Shown: in pieces, positions 43,967 to 54,262 of the stretch | Layout: each line of letters begins with the position of its first letter | How positions within the stretch are numbered: position 1 is the first letter of the stretch | Assembly (NCBI GenBank): GCA_018303185.1 | Contig: JAGVYR010000033.1 | Coordinates: forward strand, 1-54,447 | DNA length: 54,447 bases | Direction of reading: 5' to 3' | Source of the DNA: Candidatus Woesearchaeota archaeon | Lineage (GTDB): Archaea > Nanobdellota > Nanobdellia > Woesearchaeales > GW2011-AR4 | Notes under the pieces: generated by a model | What the model saw: only the letters and a program-made list of their open reading frames with translations | The model's database searches: none | Told to the model about the DNA's origin: nothing | Program-made: the position numbers and the translations under genes

Positions 43967-45252
43967 ATTTGGCAATAATCGGTGCAGGAATAATGGGGCA
44001 ATACAGCGCAAAAGCACTGGCAGGAAGGGCAGCCATTACCTTATACGATCCAAATAAGGGCAAGGATGAAATTCGGGAGCAATTACGTGGGATAGATGCC
44101 GTGATAGCGGGCGATAGCAAGGATGCTGTCAGGAACGCGGACGTGGTTCTTTTCTGCGTTCCAACTCACCTAGCCTATGATGTAATGCAGGAAATACTGC
44201 CGTACTGCAGAAAAGGTGCGTTGATATCAGGGCAGACGAGCAATAAGCTGCCTGAGGCGAAAGCATTTGACGATTACATGGCTAAAAATCATTCCTCTGG
44301 ACTGGAGATGGTCACGATTCACACTATGTGCAATCCAGCAAAGTCTAATCCTGAGAACGAGATACTTGCAGTTATCAGGCATAAAGCCAAGCCGGAAACC
44401 TATGATTTTGCATTGAGCTTTTACAGGTGCATGTCCAGAAAAATCAGCGAATTTGAGACTGTAAGGGAACATGATACTATGACTGCGCGCACTCAGGTAA
44501 GCCCATCGCACCTGTTTTTGTCAATAGCAAGCACCTATGCGGCTGGGACAGGCTTTCCATGGATAGATGCGGATTTTGGACACGGCCTTGAAATAATGAA
44601 GCTTTCCTTGGGATTAAGGGCTGCAAGTCTGCCTAGCCATGTTTACCGGGAAATCCAGATGGGAAATACTCTCGGCAGAAAAATCACTGAAGCGGCAGCT
44701 GCAGTAGAGCGGGATTTGATAGGCATGGCAGCATCAGGGAAGAAGTCTCAATACAGAGACATGGTCATGAAAGCTAGGGGAAGGCTCATGGGCAGTGGCA
44801 TGCCGCCTTTGCTAACAGACGAGACCATCATGCTTTTTAATAGGAATGGAGTGATGAGGCCGAATTCCCACTCTACATTGATTCAGTATGCGGTTTCACT
44901 GGCAGAAAGCGGCGCGGGGCTTTTAGACAGCATGAAAGCCACAACCCCTATGCACACAGCATTGGTATGCATGATTGAATATCTGCTGCGCAATGACGAT
45001 TTGCTTGAGGAGGCTATCGCCATTCCATTCGAATTCCCGAAAGTGATGTCTATGGATTTTGCCTTTCATGAGCATTTCAGGGATTGGGAAAAGGCAATAA
45101 TGCTAGGAGACAGAGACGCATATGATGCTAAGCACAGTAAAATGAGTGAAGGCCTTAGCATGATGGGGAACAGCAGCCTACTTGAATTGAGCACTGAAGT
45201 AGTCAGCCGATGCAGGAGAGACGCAGAATCAGCTTTAGACAGTAAACTTTAA
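43963..45252 (+). CDS. tyrA: Prephenate dehydrogenase (TyrA), long form
   Basis: GAGIMG Rossmann motif, FCVP, GQTSNKLPE, IHTM, EHD.MTA.TQ, PNSH. Confidence 0.8.
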   Translation: MNLAIIGAGIMGQYSAKALAGRAAITLYDPNKGKDEIREQLRGIDAVIAGDSKDAVRNADVVLFCVPTHLAYDVMQEILPYCRKGALISGQTSNKLPEAKAFDDYMAKNHSSGLEMVTIHTMCNPAKSNPENEILAVIRHKAKPETYDFALSFYRCMSRKISEFETVREHDTMTARTQVSPSHLFLSIASTYAAGTGFPWIDADFGHGLEIMKLSLGLRAASLPSHVYREIQMGNTLGRKITEAAAAVERDLIGMAASGKKSQYRDMVMKARGRLMGSGMPPLLTDETIMLFNRNGVMRPNSHSTLIQYAVSLAESGAGLLDSMKATTPMHTALVCMIEYLLRNDDLLEEAIAIPFEFPKVMSMDFAFHEHFRDWEKAIMLGDRDAYDAKHSKMSEGLSMMGNSSLLELSTEVVSRCRRDAESALDSKL

Positions 45253-45285
45253 GCCAAATCCCTTTTTTCTTAAAAACAAAGAATT

Positions 45286-48200
45286 CTACCTCTTCCTCAT
45301 CATAAGCATCGTAACCAATGCCGCAACAAGCCCTGAGGCAAGCACGAAATTAGCTGCAAGGAAAATCAGATAGCCGTTGCTTTCCATGAATGTTATGCTT
45401 GTCGCAGGAACAGCTTCAGGCTCTGTCACAGGCGGCCTGACAACCTCAACAGGCTGGCTTGGAGACTTCACAGCCTCTTTTGCCTCGCTTATTCTTTCGC
45501 AGTCCTGCACGGTAAGCTCAAAAACCCTTGAGTCGCTCAGCTTCGTATCATCATAATAGGCATTGACTGCTATTGGATAAATCCCCTTTCCAACCGTCTC
45601 AGGAACCATGAAAGTCAGGGATTTCTGGTATTCGATGTCATCGCTGCCTTCATCAAGCTCAATATTCTCCTGCCTGAAATCAAGCCCAAGCTCACTGCCA
45701 ACAATCTCAACAGCAACTTCATCCTCTTCATCCCTTCCGAGATTTAGTATTTCCGTGCTCAATGAAACAGCCCTTGTGCAGGATACAGAAGAAGGCGAAA
45801 CACTAAGCTTGTTAATGTACAGCTCATGCTTCTCCTTATCAACTTCAAGCAGGACTTCCCATCTGGCTTCATGCTTCGTGTTGTTTTCATCCTCGCCTTC
45901 AGCCCTTATAATCACATCATAGTCCCCTTCGGTTATCTTATAGGGAATGTCAAAGCTTATTGATATTGTGTCCTCGTCATCAGCGCTCAGGTCGAATTCG
46001 CTGGCTTCCTCCTCAAAGTCATCCCCGTCATCTATATCTTCTATAATCACTTCAACCTTGATGTCCTCTATGTCCAGGTCTTCAGCGTTTGTGAAAAGAT
46101 TTGAGACTTCTATCTCGAATTCAACATCAGAGCCCGGGCTGACTTCTTCGCTTACCCTTGTGTTGTTTGCGACATTCTTGTCGCTCTTCCCGTCAACCTT
46201 GACATCAAGGTCAGTTATTGCAAGCCTTGGGCCTTCCGATACCCTGACTTGGAAACTCTGGTTGTCTGTGAGGATGCCGTCGCTCACGAGCACTGTCACG
46301 TTATGGGCTCCAAGCTGGCTGGAGACTGGCTGCCAGCTAATCAGGCCGGAGGAGCTGCTTATGCCCATGCCGCTTGGGAATTTTAAGAGAGAGTATGCCA
46401 ATGTGTTTCCGTCAGGGTCATCTGCATTCACATCATAGCTGTATGATTCTCTTAGGGTGGCTGAAGTTTTTGCTGCAGATGTAATTATAGGCGCACCATT
46501 AGTCGTGTTTGTCTGCGCAAAAAATGCCGTGAAATGTGCAACACTGAAGCTCAGCTTTCCGTTTGTCCTGTTGTACCTTATGTTTGAGCATATATTTGAA
46601 GGGCAGGCAGCGCCTCCTGAAGCCTTGAATCCAGATGCCATGAATATTAAAGGCGTTTTTGTGAAGTTCAGGCCTTTCATTACAAGCGATGCGGATTTGT
46701 TAAGGCCGGGAAAATTGGCAGTATCAATTGCAACAACCCCTTTGCTGATGTTTATTGCGCTTTCAAGCTGGGTAATCCCGCTGAAATTCAATGTGTTGCC
46801 ACCAAAATTAATTCCGCCATTGGCGCTGCTGTTAATGACAACATTCTTGACAGCTTCAAGCTGCGATGAATTAAGATTTGTTATGTTGCTTGTCAGGCCT
46901 GTAGAGTTCAGCTGGTTGGTTACTGCCAGTTTCCATTCCCTTCTTGCCTTGGCTCCTGAGCCGTCAGTCGCAATGGCTGTTATGTTGTATCTGCCTTTTG
47001 CCAGTCCGCTCACTGTGACACTTGTCCCGCTGCCTATGCTTGTCTCATTCCTGAACCATGCGATTGCCGCTGTGTCTCCTGTGTCAACATCAGAAACGCT
47101 TACTGAGAACTGCTGGCTTCCTGCGCTTTCGGCAATTGTCGTATTTGAGGCAGGGCTGAATGAGCTTATTGCCGGCGCGTCATTCACATTGCTTACAGTG
47201 ATTGTTACAGTGTTGCTGCTTGTTATGTTTACGCTGTCGCTGGCCCTGAATGTGACTGTATTTGTCCCGTTAAAGTTTGCAGAAGGCGTTAGAGTGACAG
47301 CTCCTGTTCCGGAATTTATTGAAACCCCTACATTGCTCGGAGTTGTGGAGCTGAACGTGAGTGCATCAGAGTCTGGGTCTCTGAAGTAAGCCTTCAGGTT
47401 CAATGAGCTGTGTACAGTATCCTCGCTCATCGCAACATTGGGGATTGTCGCATTGTTCACAGGAGCATTGTTTGGCGTTGCCAGGAATGAAAATTTGCTT
47501 GAATTCGAGCTGTTCTCCATTCCGTCGCCTGCAACAACAAGCCACCTGTATGTTTTTCCTTTTGTAAGGTTAGTTATGGTTATATTGCGGCTGGTTGTGC
47601 TCCTGTTGAATTTTGGATTGGTATGGTTGGAGAAATATACAAAGTACGTTATGCTGCCGCTTTCTGCATCTGTAGAGGCGCTCCAGTTCAGCTTTACAGA
47701 CTTAAAAAGCACATTGGCGCCGTTTGCAGGCGTGGAAAGCACAGGGGCTGCAGGTGCGTCATTCACAGCGCGCACTGTGACAGTGATGGGATTTGAAGAG
47801 TCGCTGAACTCGCCGTCATTTGCTATGAGTATTATGTTGCTCTCAGCGCCGTTGAAATCAGCAGGAGCGGTCACATTCATTATCTTTGTAGTCTGGTTTA
47901 TCTTTATCACAACATTGCTGTTGCCAACTGCTGTCCATGTTATCGCGCTTAAGGCAGTGTCCTCATCCGTCACATACTTGCTCAGGTTTACCGAAGCATT
48001 GTGCGCATCTTCATCAAACCCTATGTTCGGGATTGCCAGCACAGCAGGAGCCCTTGTATTTGCAAAGGTGACATTCAGTATAACAAGGCTGCTGCCGTTC
48101 GCGTATATGCCGTCAGTCGCATTGAATGTTATGTTTCTAACTCCATAGAAATTTGCTGATGAGGCTAATGTTGCAACGCCGGTATTATTGTTTATCATTG

Positions 48201-50358
48201 CCGTAATGTTATTCGGGCTTGATGATGTATAATTGAGCTTGTCGCCGTCAGGGTCAGTGAAGTACAGTGAAAGATTAATCGTCGTGTTAGAATCTTTTGT
48301 CCAGTTTATTTTTGGAATTGGCGCTGAATGAGGCTTCCTGCCCTGCACAGTTATTGTAATAGATTCAGAGTTATTCACATTGCCGGCTATGTCTGTTGCA
48401 ACAGCATTAATGGAGCATGCGCCGTTTGTTCCGCATCCAAGTGCATTTGAAGTTGTTGTCAGGGCATAAAGGGAGGAATTCACCCTGCTCATCACCAGCA
48501 CTGTGCTGTTGCCTATTGTTACTGTTGAGCCAGAGTCAAAGTTTGCATCATTTATTGAGACATTTATCTGTATCTGCTGTGTGGTCTGGACAGTAAGGTC
48601 AGCATCATTTACAGAAAATCCGGTTACTTTGGGATTTGCGCTGTCTGCAGTGATATTGAGCCTTTCTGAATTGTTCCTGTTTCCTGCATTGTCAAGCACT
48701 GTGAAGGAAAGGCTGCACACTCCGTTTGCAGCGCATCCAAGGGCAGCTGGAGTCGTGTTAACGAACCAAAGCCCGCCGCTTAGCCCCATTGAAAGGTTAT
48801 TCCCGCCGGAAACATTAATGGAAGAAACTCCTGAAGATGCGTCAGAAGCATTTACCCTTATGCTCAGGCTTGAGCCCTGCCTTAGCTTTTTGTCAGAATC
48901 ATTTACTAAGATTGCATTTACCTTCGGATTCTTAAGATCTATTGTAAAAGACCATACAAGCTGCTGCACTGCATTGCCCGCGTTGTCCTTGCCGTCAGCG
49001 AACAGGTATACTGTGCCTTCGCTGCCAAAATCTGTTATAGTGCCGTTCACTTCCAAACCATTCGGTATGGCAGTCTTAACCACATTATTCACACTGAAAA
49101 CTGCCGGAAGCAATGAAAAATTATATTTGAAAACTATTGAGGATGAATTAACTCCGCTCAGTGCATCAGTTATGTTGAAAGCAACTTCAGGAGTCCTTGT
49201 GTTAACGAAGGAATTGCCTGCAGGCTTGATTACGGCTCTTGAAGGGGCCGCAGAGTCTATATTAAATGATATAGCTGCAGAATTTGAATTTCCCTGAGTA
49301 TCATTTGCATTAACTGTCAGGTTATAGCTTCCGTCCCCGAAGGCTGCTGCGGAAAGTTGCGAAGTATAATAGTTTCCTGATTTGGAAGGGGAAAAGTTTG
49401 CAAGTATCCCTGAATTATTGGAGATGCTGAAATTTACTTTATCCACTAGGGATGCAATATCGGCTATTGTAACATTTATGGTATAAAGCCCCGGCTTAAG
49501 GCTTGAGCCGTTTCTTACCGCTCCATTGAAGCTCTGGATGGAAGGCCCAAGATTGTCCACGCTTACATTTGCCAATACGCTCACTCCCCTGAAACCGAAG
49601 CTGTCATTAAAATATGCAGTTATATTGTACCGGCCATCGGCATTCAGGGCAGTATTCCACACAAAATACCATATATCCCCATAATTTGCCATTGAATAAT
49701 TTGAGCCGTTAAAATTAACAAGCGCGGAATCAACGCTTGAAGTAACATCGGTTATATTTGCAGTTATATTGATGGCGCCTTTAACAGTAGAGTTGGCTGC
49801 CGGCCTTACCCACTCATTCAGGACAGGGACTTCATTGTCATTTTCCTCTCCCGGAGTCTGTATAGCCAGGTTCACAATGCTTGAATTTCCATCGGGATAT
49901 CTGCCTATTGAAACATTTTCGCCGGGGTTGGCATAGTTCAATATTGAATCTATAAGCCCGCCTGATGCGTTATACAGGTAAATACTGTCTCCGCCGTCAT
50001 TCAGGTTTAAAGATGGCACTATTGGCCCGTATTCAATTACAATAAGCCCGCTTTTGTTGCTATAAGTGTAATTGAAAAGAGTGGAATTCCTTGCCAAAAC
50101 AGCAAATCCCGAGGCTGCTATTGAAATTCCGGAGATTGTGAAGTTCTGCGAAGCCCCTGTTTCAGATATGTTATAATCGTTAAGGTCAACCGCAATTGTT
50201 CCGTTATTGTATATTTCTATCCACTCATGGTTGGTATTCGCGCTGTTCGGAAGAAACTCGTTGATGAAAACAGCGCCTGAAGCAGATTGCACTATGAAAA
50301 GCATAGCCAAAGCAGCAAGAATTCCTAATAGCAAGTTCTTTCTGAAAATAAGACCCAT
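45286..50358 (-). CDS. Giant cell-surface protein: lamin-tail domain, Ig/cadherin-like repeats, FN3-like unit, acidic S-layer-like module, C-terminal TM anchor
   Basis: Signal peptide; VFINEF…EWIEIYN…LNDGGD LTD; FTDPDGD/VNDAP cadherin-like repeats; terminal hydrophobic helix + RKR. Exact start Met uncertain (50370-50358). Confidence 0.85.
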   Translation of the reverse strand: MGLIFRKNLLLGILAALAMLFIVQSASGAVFINEFLPNSANTNHEWIEIYNNGTIAVDLNDYNISETGASQNFTISGISIAASGFAVLARNSTLFNYTYSNKSGLIVIEYGPIVPSLNLNDGGDSIYLYNASGGLIDSILNYANPGENVSIGRYPDGNSSIVNLAIQTPGEENDNEVPVLNEWVRPAANSTVKGAINITANITDVTSSVDSALVNFNGSNYSMANYGDIWYFVWNTALNADGRYNITAYFNDSFGFRGVSVLANVSVDNLGPSIQSFNGAVRNGSSLKPGLYTINVTIADIASLVDKVNFSISNNSGILANFSPSKSGNYYTSQLSAAAFGDGSYNLTVNANDTQGNSNSAAISFNIDSAAPSRAVIKPAGNSFVNTRTPEVAFNITDALSGVNSSSIVFKYNFSLLPAVFSVNNVVKTAIPNGLEVNGTITDFGSEGTVYLFADGKDNAGNAVQQLVWSFTIDLKNPKVNAILVNDSDKKLRQGSSLSIRVNASDASSGVSSINVSGGNNLSMGLSGGLWFVNTTPAALGCAANGVCSLSFTVLDNAGNRNNSERLNITADSANPKVTGFSVNDADLTVQTTQQIQINVSINDANFDSGSTVTIGNSTVLVMSRVNSSLYALTTTSNALGCGTNGACSINAVATDIAGNVNNSESITITVQGRKPHSAPIPKINWTKDSNTTINLSLYFTDPDGDKLNYTSSSPNNITAMINNNTGVATLASSANFYGVRNITFNATDGIYANGSSLVILNVTFANTRAPAVLAIPNIGFDEDAHNASVNLSKYVTDEDTALSAITWTAVGNSNVVIKINQTTKIMNVTAPADFNGAESNIILIANDGEFSDSSNPITVTVRAVNDAPAAPVLSTPANGANVLFKSVKLNWSASTDAESGSITYFVYFSNHTNPKFNRSTTSRNITITNLTKGKTYRWLVVAGDGMENSSNSSKFSFLATPNNAPVNNATIPNVAMSEDTVHSSLNLKAYFRDPDSDALTFSSTTPSNVGVSINSGTGAVTLTPSANFNGTNTVTFRASDSVNITSSNTVTITVSNVNDAPAISSFSPASNTTIAESAGSQQFSVSVSDVDTGDTAAIAWFRNETSIGSGTSVTVSGLAKGRYNITAIATDGSGAKARREWKLAVTNQLNSTGLTSNITNLNSSQLEAVKNVVINSSANGGINFGGNTLNFSGITQLESAINISKGVVAIDTANFPGLNKSASLVMKGLNFTKTPLIFMASGFKASGGAACPSNICSNIRYNRTNGKLSFSVAHFTAFFAQTNTTNGAPIITSAAKTSATLRESYSYDVNADDPDGNTLAYSLLKFPSGMGISSSSGLISWQPVSSQLGAHNVTVLVSDGILTDNQSFQVRVSEGPRLAITDLDVKVDGKSDKNVANNTRVSEEVSPGSDVEFEIEVSNLFTNAEDLDIEDIKVEVIIEDIDDGDDFEEEASEFDLSADDEDTISISFDIPYKITEGDYDVIIRAEGEDENNTKHEARWEVLLEVDKEKHELYINKLSVSPSSVSCTRAVSLSTEILNLGRDEEDEVAVEIVGSELGLDFRQENIELDEGSDDIEYQKSLTFMVPETVGKGIYPIAVNAYYDDTKLSDSRVFELTVQDCERISEAKEAVKSPSQPVEVVRPPVTEPEAVPATSITFMESNGYLIFLAANFVLASGLVAALVTMLMMRKR

Positions 50359-50452
50359 CATGCCCCCCAAACATGAAGGAATGGGCGGGCGTTTTATAAA
50401 TATTATTGTTATGAAGTGACTATAAAATTTAATCTAAAACAAGTGGTAAAAA

Positions 50453-52204
50453 TTACTTCTTCTTCATTGCATAAGAGGCAAGCCCCACAGCTCCTGCGCC
50501 AAGCACAACGGTAGCGCCAAGCAGAATCAAAATATTCCTTCCGAAAGCCGGCTCCTTTGTTTCTGTCACTTTTTCCTTTATTACAGGAACTCCGGTCAGG
50601 TTGACTTTTCCATTGGCAGCTTCAGGCTCCTGCCCGGCTTGTGTTTCCTGCCCTTCCTCTTTAACTTCAGGCTCCTGCTCAGGCTCAGCCGTTTCCGCTG
50701 CCGGCTCAGTTTCGGCACCGCACGCCTTCACTTCCAGAGCGGCAGTATCTATCGTATAGAGTATCTCTCCGCCTGAAAGATAGGCATTGATCCTTATCGG
50801 GTAATTTCCTGGAACAGCATCCTTTGGCACCGCTATATCCAGCTCTTTGTCGTACTTGCTGTCATCGTCAAAAGGCACAGCGTCTACTTCAATATCCTCC
50901 TCAGCGAAATTTATGCCCAGATCCTTGTTTATTATCTCTACTTTGACGTCATCCTCATCCTTTGTGCCTATGTTCATGACCTGGACATTCAGCTGCGCGT
51001 TCCTGTTGCAGCTTACTGATGCAGGGAAAAGGCCCTTTTTTGTAATAATAATATCCCTTCTTTCCTTGACAACCTTCATATGCAGCTCCATCTCAATTAC
51101 ATGATCCACTCCGTCCTCATCGTTGCCTTCTATTGATAAAAGAATGTCATAGCTTCCGTCCCTGACTTCAAGGGGTATGTCGGCTGTGATGAAAATGCGC
51201 TCTTCGTCTCCAGGAGATATGGTGAATTCCGGGCTTTCCTCCTCAATATCCTCGCCGTCGTCAATCTCCGGTATTGTCACAGTTGCAATTATATCCTCAA
51301 TGTCAGGATCCTCATCGTCATCTGTAAAGAGGCTCTCAGCATCAATCTGAAATTCAAGACTTGAGCCGGGCTTTACATGATCTTCAAATTCCAGAGTGCT
51401 GCCGTCAGCAGCATCATTGAAGGTGTCAGTGTCCCCGTCATAATAAGTTATGTGCACGTCAAAATCATTTATTCCGAGCTTTCCGGACGAAGCGACATTT
51501 ATTGAGGATACTGTCTGGCTGAAGCTGCCCTGCGCCATCATTATATCGCCCACTTTATGGTTGGACGCTGCTTCATCATGAGGGATGAAATAAGTCACTT
51601 TTATCTTGGTGCTGCTTCCCTGCGTAAGGCTGAATGCTGTCCTGTTGAACGAAACGTTGTTTGCAGCAGGGGCATTGCTTGACGGAATTATGCTGGTAAA
51701 ATTCCCGTTGCCGTTGTTTGTCAGCGTTATCACATCAGAATATGTCCTGTTCCTGATTGCATTGGTCCTTGTAATTGAGCTTGGCGCCGCGCTCAGGCTA
51801 AGGCTTGGGGTGACATTGACTGTTATGGGCATTGAATCGAACCTGAATCCGTTTGACTGGTTTGTAATGTTTATCGTTCCTGAATAGGTGCCTGTTGTCT
51901 GGCTTCCTGATATTGTGAAGCTTATGCTCCTGGAAACAGACGCAGAGCCGTTCTGAAGGCTGCTTATGCTGCTTATCGGGCCTATTGAAATTGTGTCAGT
52001 GCCTTTTGCCAAAGTTGTTCCTGTAAATGCAAGGTTAAGCGCAGTATTCCCCGTATTGTTTACATTAATCGTGCCCGCAACCGACTGGCCCTGCCTTCCT
52101 GAAAGAGCCAGAGAGCTTTCAATTATATTGGCGCTGCCTGCTGCACTCGCTATGTATGGCAGGCATATCGCGGCCATTAAGAAAATCAATAGTGTTTTTT
52201 TCAT
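50453..52204 (-). CDS. Putative S-layer-type surface protein with C-terminal TM anchor
   Basis: Signal peptide, S/T/N-rich Ig-like N-half, acidic module paralogous to the C-terminus of the 1694-aa protein, TM helix + KKK. Confidence 0.8.
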   Translation of the reverse strand: MKKTLLIFLMAAICLPYIASAAGSANIIESSLALSGRQGQSVAGTINVNNTGNTALNLAFTGTTLAKGTDTISIGPISSISSLQNGSASVSRSISFTISGSQTTGTYSGTINITNQSNGFRFDSMPITVNVTPSLSLSAAPSSITRTNAIRNRTYSDVITLTNNGNGNFTSIIPSSNAPAANNVSFNRTAFSLTQGSSTKIKVTYFIPHDEAASNHKVGDIMMAQGSFSQTVSSINVASSGKLGINDFDVHITYYDGDTDTFNDAADGSTLEFEDHVKPGSSLEFQIDAESLFTDDDEDPDIEDIIATVTIPEIDDGEDIEEESPEFTISPGDEERIFITADIPLEVRDGSYDILLSIEGNDEDGVDHVIEMELHMKVVKERRDIIITKKGLFPASVSCNRNAQLNVQVMNIGTKDEDDVKVEIINKDLGINFAEEDIEVDAVPFDDDSKYDKELDIAVPKDAVPGNYPIRINAYLSGGEILYTIDTAALEVKACGAETEPAAETAEPEQEPEVKEEGQETQAGQEPEAANGKVNLTGVPVIKEKVTETKEPAFGRNILILLGATVVLGAGAVGLASYAMKKK

Positions 52205-52310
52205 TTTGCCAATTGTTATTATTCAATTGATATTATTAGTCAGTAGTTAATAACCTTATATAAATCTTGCTATTTTTACTTGTACAGCCCGCGAGTAGGA
52301 TATGCCTTCA

Positions 52311-53276
52311 CTATCTATAGAATACTGGCTCTGAATCGTCATCAGAAGGCTCTTCATCTTCCTTGGCTTCATGCGAGTGCTTATCTGCATGGCTCTCCTC
52401 TTCATGCTCGTCTTCAGTTTCCTCTTCAGCCTCCTGCTGTCTGCTCTCCTGCTCTTCATATCGCTGCCCAGCATCATCTGAAGCTTGCTCCTGCAATTCC
52501 CCGGCAGATTCGCTGCTGGAATATTCAGGCTCTGTAAACTGGGACTCTTCTTCCTGAGTTTGCTCACTTGTTTCCTGCGGCTCTTCATTCACAGCAGGCT
52601 GGCTTTCTTCCTCCTTAAGCATCTCATCAAGCTCTTTCTGTATATTCTCATCAGAAGCATCTTCCTGTGCAGGCATGGCTTCCGAACCTGCATCTTCTTC
52701 AATGCCCATTCCTATATCCTGGCTGGCATCAGGCTGTATAGGCTGAACATCCTGCTCCTCCTGGCTGTCTTCCGGCAGGCTTTCCTGCTCAATATCCTGC
52801 ACTTCCTCTTTAAGCTCTTCAATCTTCTCCCTTATATCTGCAGCCTTGCTCTCGTCATTTGAAGCTTCAGCTTCCCTTATTTCTTCCTTCAGCTTCTCAG
52901 CCTGCTCTATTATCTCCTCTTTCTCCTCGTCTTTTTCTTTCGGAATGTCCTCATCTTTTATGCCCACTTCTCTCATAAGGTCATTTACAGTAAGGTCTTC
53001 CCTGTCAAGGTTAAAGCAAGGCTCAGATGTTTTTTCAGAAGCATGCTTTTCAAGGTGCAGCTTTTCCTTAACCCTGCCAATGAAGCCTTCCTTTTTCAGG
53101 GGCTCCTCAGGAATCTTAGGCTCTGTTTCCCTTGGCACTGCTTTTTCAAAATCCTTTTTCTCTATCCTGACGCCAAGTATTGCCCTTGCCTTTTCCATAG
53201 CCTCAAAATTAGAAACAGCAAGGCCCTGCCTCCTTAAGGTGCTGGCAAGCTCCCTGACCTTCTCTTCTTCATGCAT
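52311..53276 (-). CDS. Acidic low-complexity protein
   Basis: E/Q/D-rich C-terminal two thirds; start placed at MHEEEK downstream of TTTATATA. Confidence 0.7.
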   Translation of the reverse strand: MHEEEKVRELASTLRRQGLAVSNFEAMEKARAILGVRIEKKDFEKAVPRETEPKIPEEPLKKEGFIGRVKEKLHLEKHASEKTSEPCFNLDREDLTVNDLMREVGIKDEDIPKEKDEEKEEIIEQAEKLKEEIREAEASNDESKAADIREKIEELKEEVQDIEQESLPEDSQEEQDVQPIQPDASQDIGMGIEEDAGSEAMPAQEDASDENIQKELDEMLKEEESQPAVNEEPQETSEQTQEEESQFTEPEYSSSESAGELQEQASDDAGQRYEEQESRQQEAEEETEDEHEEESHADKHSHEAKEDEEPSDDDSEPVFYR

Positions 53277-53388
53277 ATTCCTTTCCTTGAAGCGCTCGTA
53301 TATAAATTTTTTTGAAGAAATGGGATTTCCGCCACCTCCCAATGCATAAAAGGAAACTATTTTATTATTGAAGTTTTTCCTTAGTTAC

Positions 53389-53688
53389 ATGGTGCTCAGG
53401 GCGGAAAGGGAGGTGCTTAATAAGCTCTTTTGTGATTTTAGCAAAGAAGCATGTAAAAAGATTCCATCTGAAATGAGCCAAAGGATGGAGGCAGTTGAAA
53501 GGTGGGCAAATTTCGTAAGGGATAATCCGGACAAATGGAAAAAGATTCAGTCAGAGTTTATAGATGCCCAGTTTTCAAAGTCCAATGCGTTCATCAAAAG
53601 GCTGCTTAAGCAGAAAGGCGGCAGGGAAAAAGTCATTGAGCTGTACGGGATAAAGAACCTTAAAGGGTACAAGGACTTTCTGGGATAG
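53389..53688 (+). CDS. Hypothetical protein (about 99 aa)
   Basis: ORF with a helical WANFVR…WKKIQSEFIDAQF segment. Confidence 0.65.
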   Translation: MVLRAEREVLNKLFCDFSKEACKKIPSEMSQRMEAVERWANFVRDNPDKWKKIQSEFIDAQFSKSNAFIKRLLKQKGGREKVIELYGIKNLKGYKDFLG

Positions 53689-53689
53689 C

Positions 53690-54166
53690 CTATTTTCCGC
53701 AGAAAAATATAATGTCTTTTTCTTCTTCAATAGTTTTTTTTATTTTAAAGTTTTTTTTGATTGCGTTTTTTATTTCATTGAATTTCTTTGATTTTTTTAA
53801 TACTGAAAATGCGAAATCCCTTTTCCCGACCCTTTTCATCTCCAAAAGCCCTTTTTCTGCATCATCAAAGTTGTGGATTGCTGTTACAGAAACTACAATG
53901 TCGAAAAAATCGCCTTCAAACGGGTTTTTTTCAGCCCTGCCGAGGATTTTATTTTTTATCTTGCTCTGCTTCAGCAGTTCCGTGGAAGGGTCTATCCCGT
54001 AAACATTGCAGTCGAAATCAGAAGATAAGCCGGTCCCGCAGCCCACGTCCAGAAGTTTGTAGGATTTTTTTATTTTGAGGTTTTGCTTTATTATTGCAAC
54101 TTTCTTCCTCTGCTCCTCGCTGTGAAGCTCGTTGTAGCCCTTGGATGTTGAATTGTAGTAACCCAT
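53690..54166 (-). CDS. Class I SAM-dependent methyltransferase
   Basis: LLDVGCGTG, GIDPS, FDIVVSVTAIHNF. Confidence 0.9.
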   Translation of the reverse strand: MGYYNSTSKGYNELHSEEQRKKVAIIKQNLKIKKSYKLLDVGCGTGLSSDFDCNVYGIDPSTELLKQSKIKNKILGRAEKNPFEGDFFDIVVSVTAIHNFDDAEKGLLEMKRVGKRDFAFSVLKKSKKFNEIKNAIKKNFKIKKTIEEEKDIIFFCGK

Positions 54167-54262
54167 AAGCAGGAGATAACTAGGTCATCTTTAAATATAT
54201 TTTGTTACTTATAAATAGTAAAATATGGAAACATTTAAATAGTGTTGAAAAATAATAAGAAT

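Noticed and set aside
45608-53349. Long plus-strand ORFs (up to 310 aa) opposite the surface proteins
   Set aside because: Antisense shadows produced by biased codon usage.
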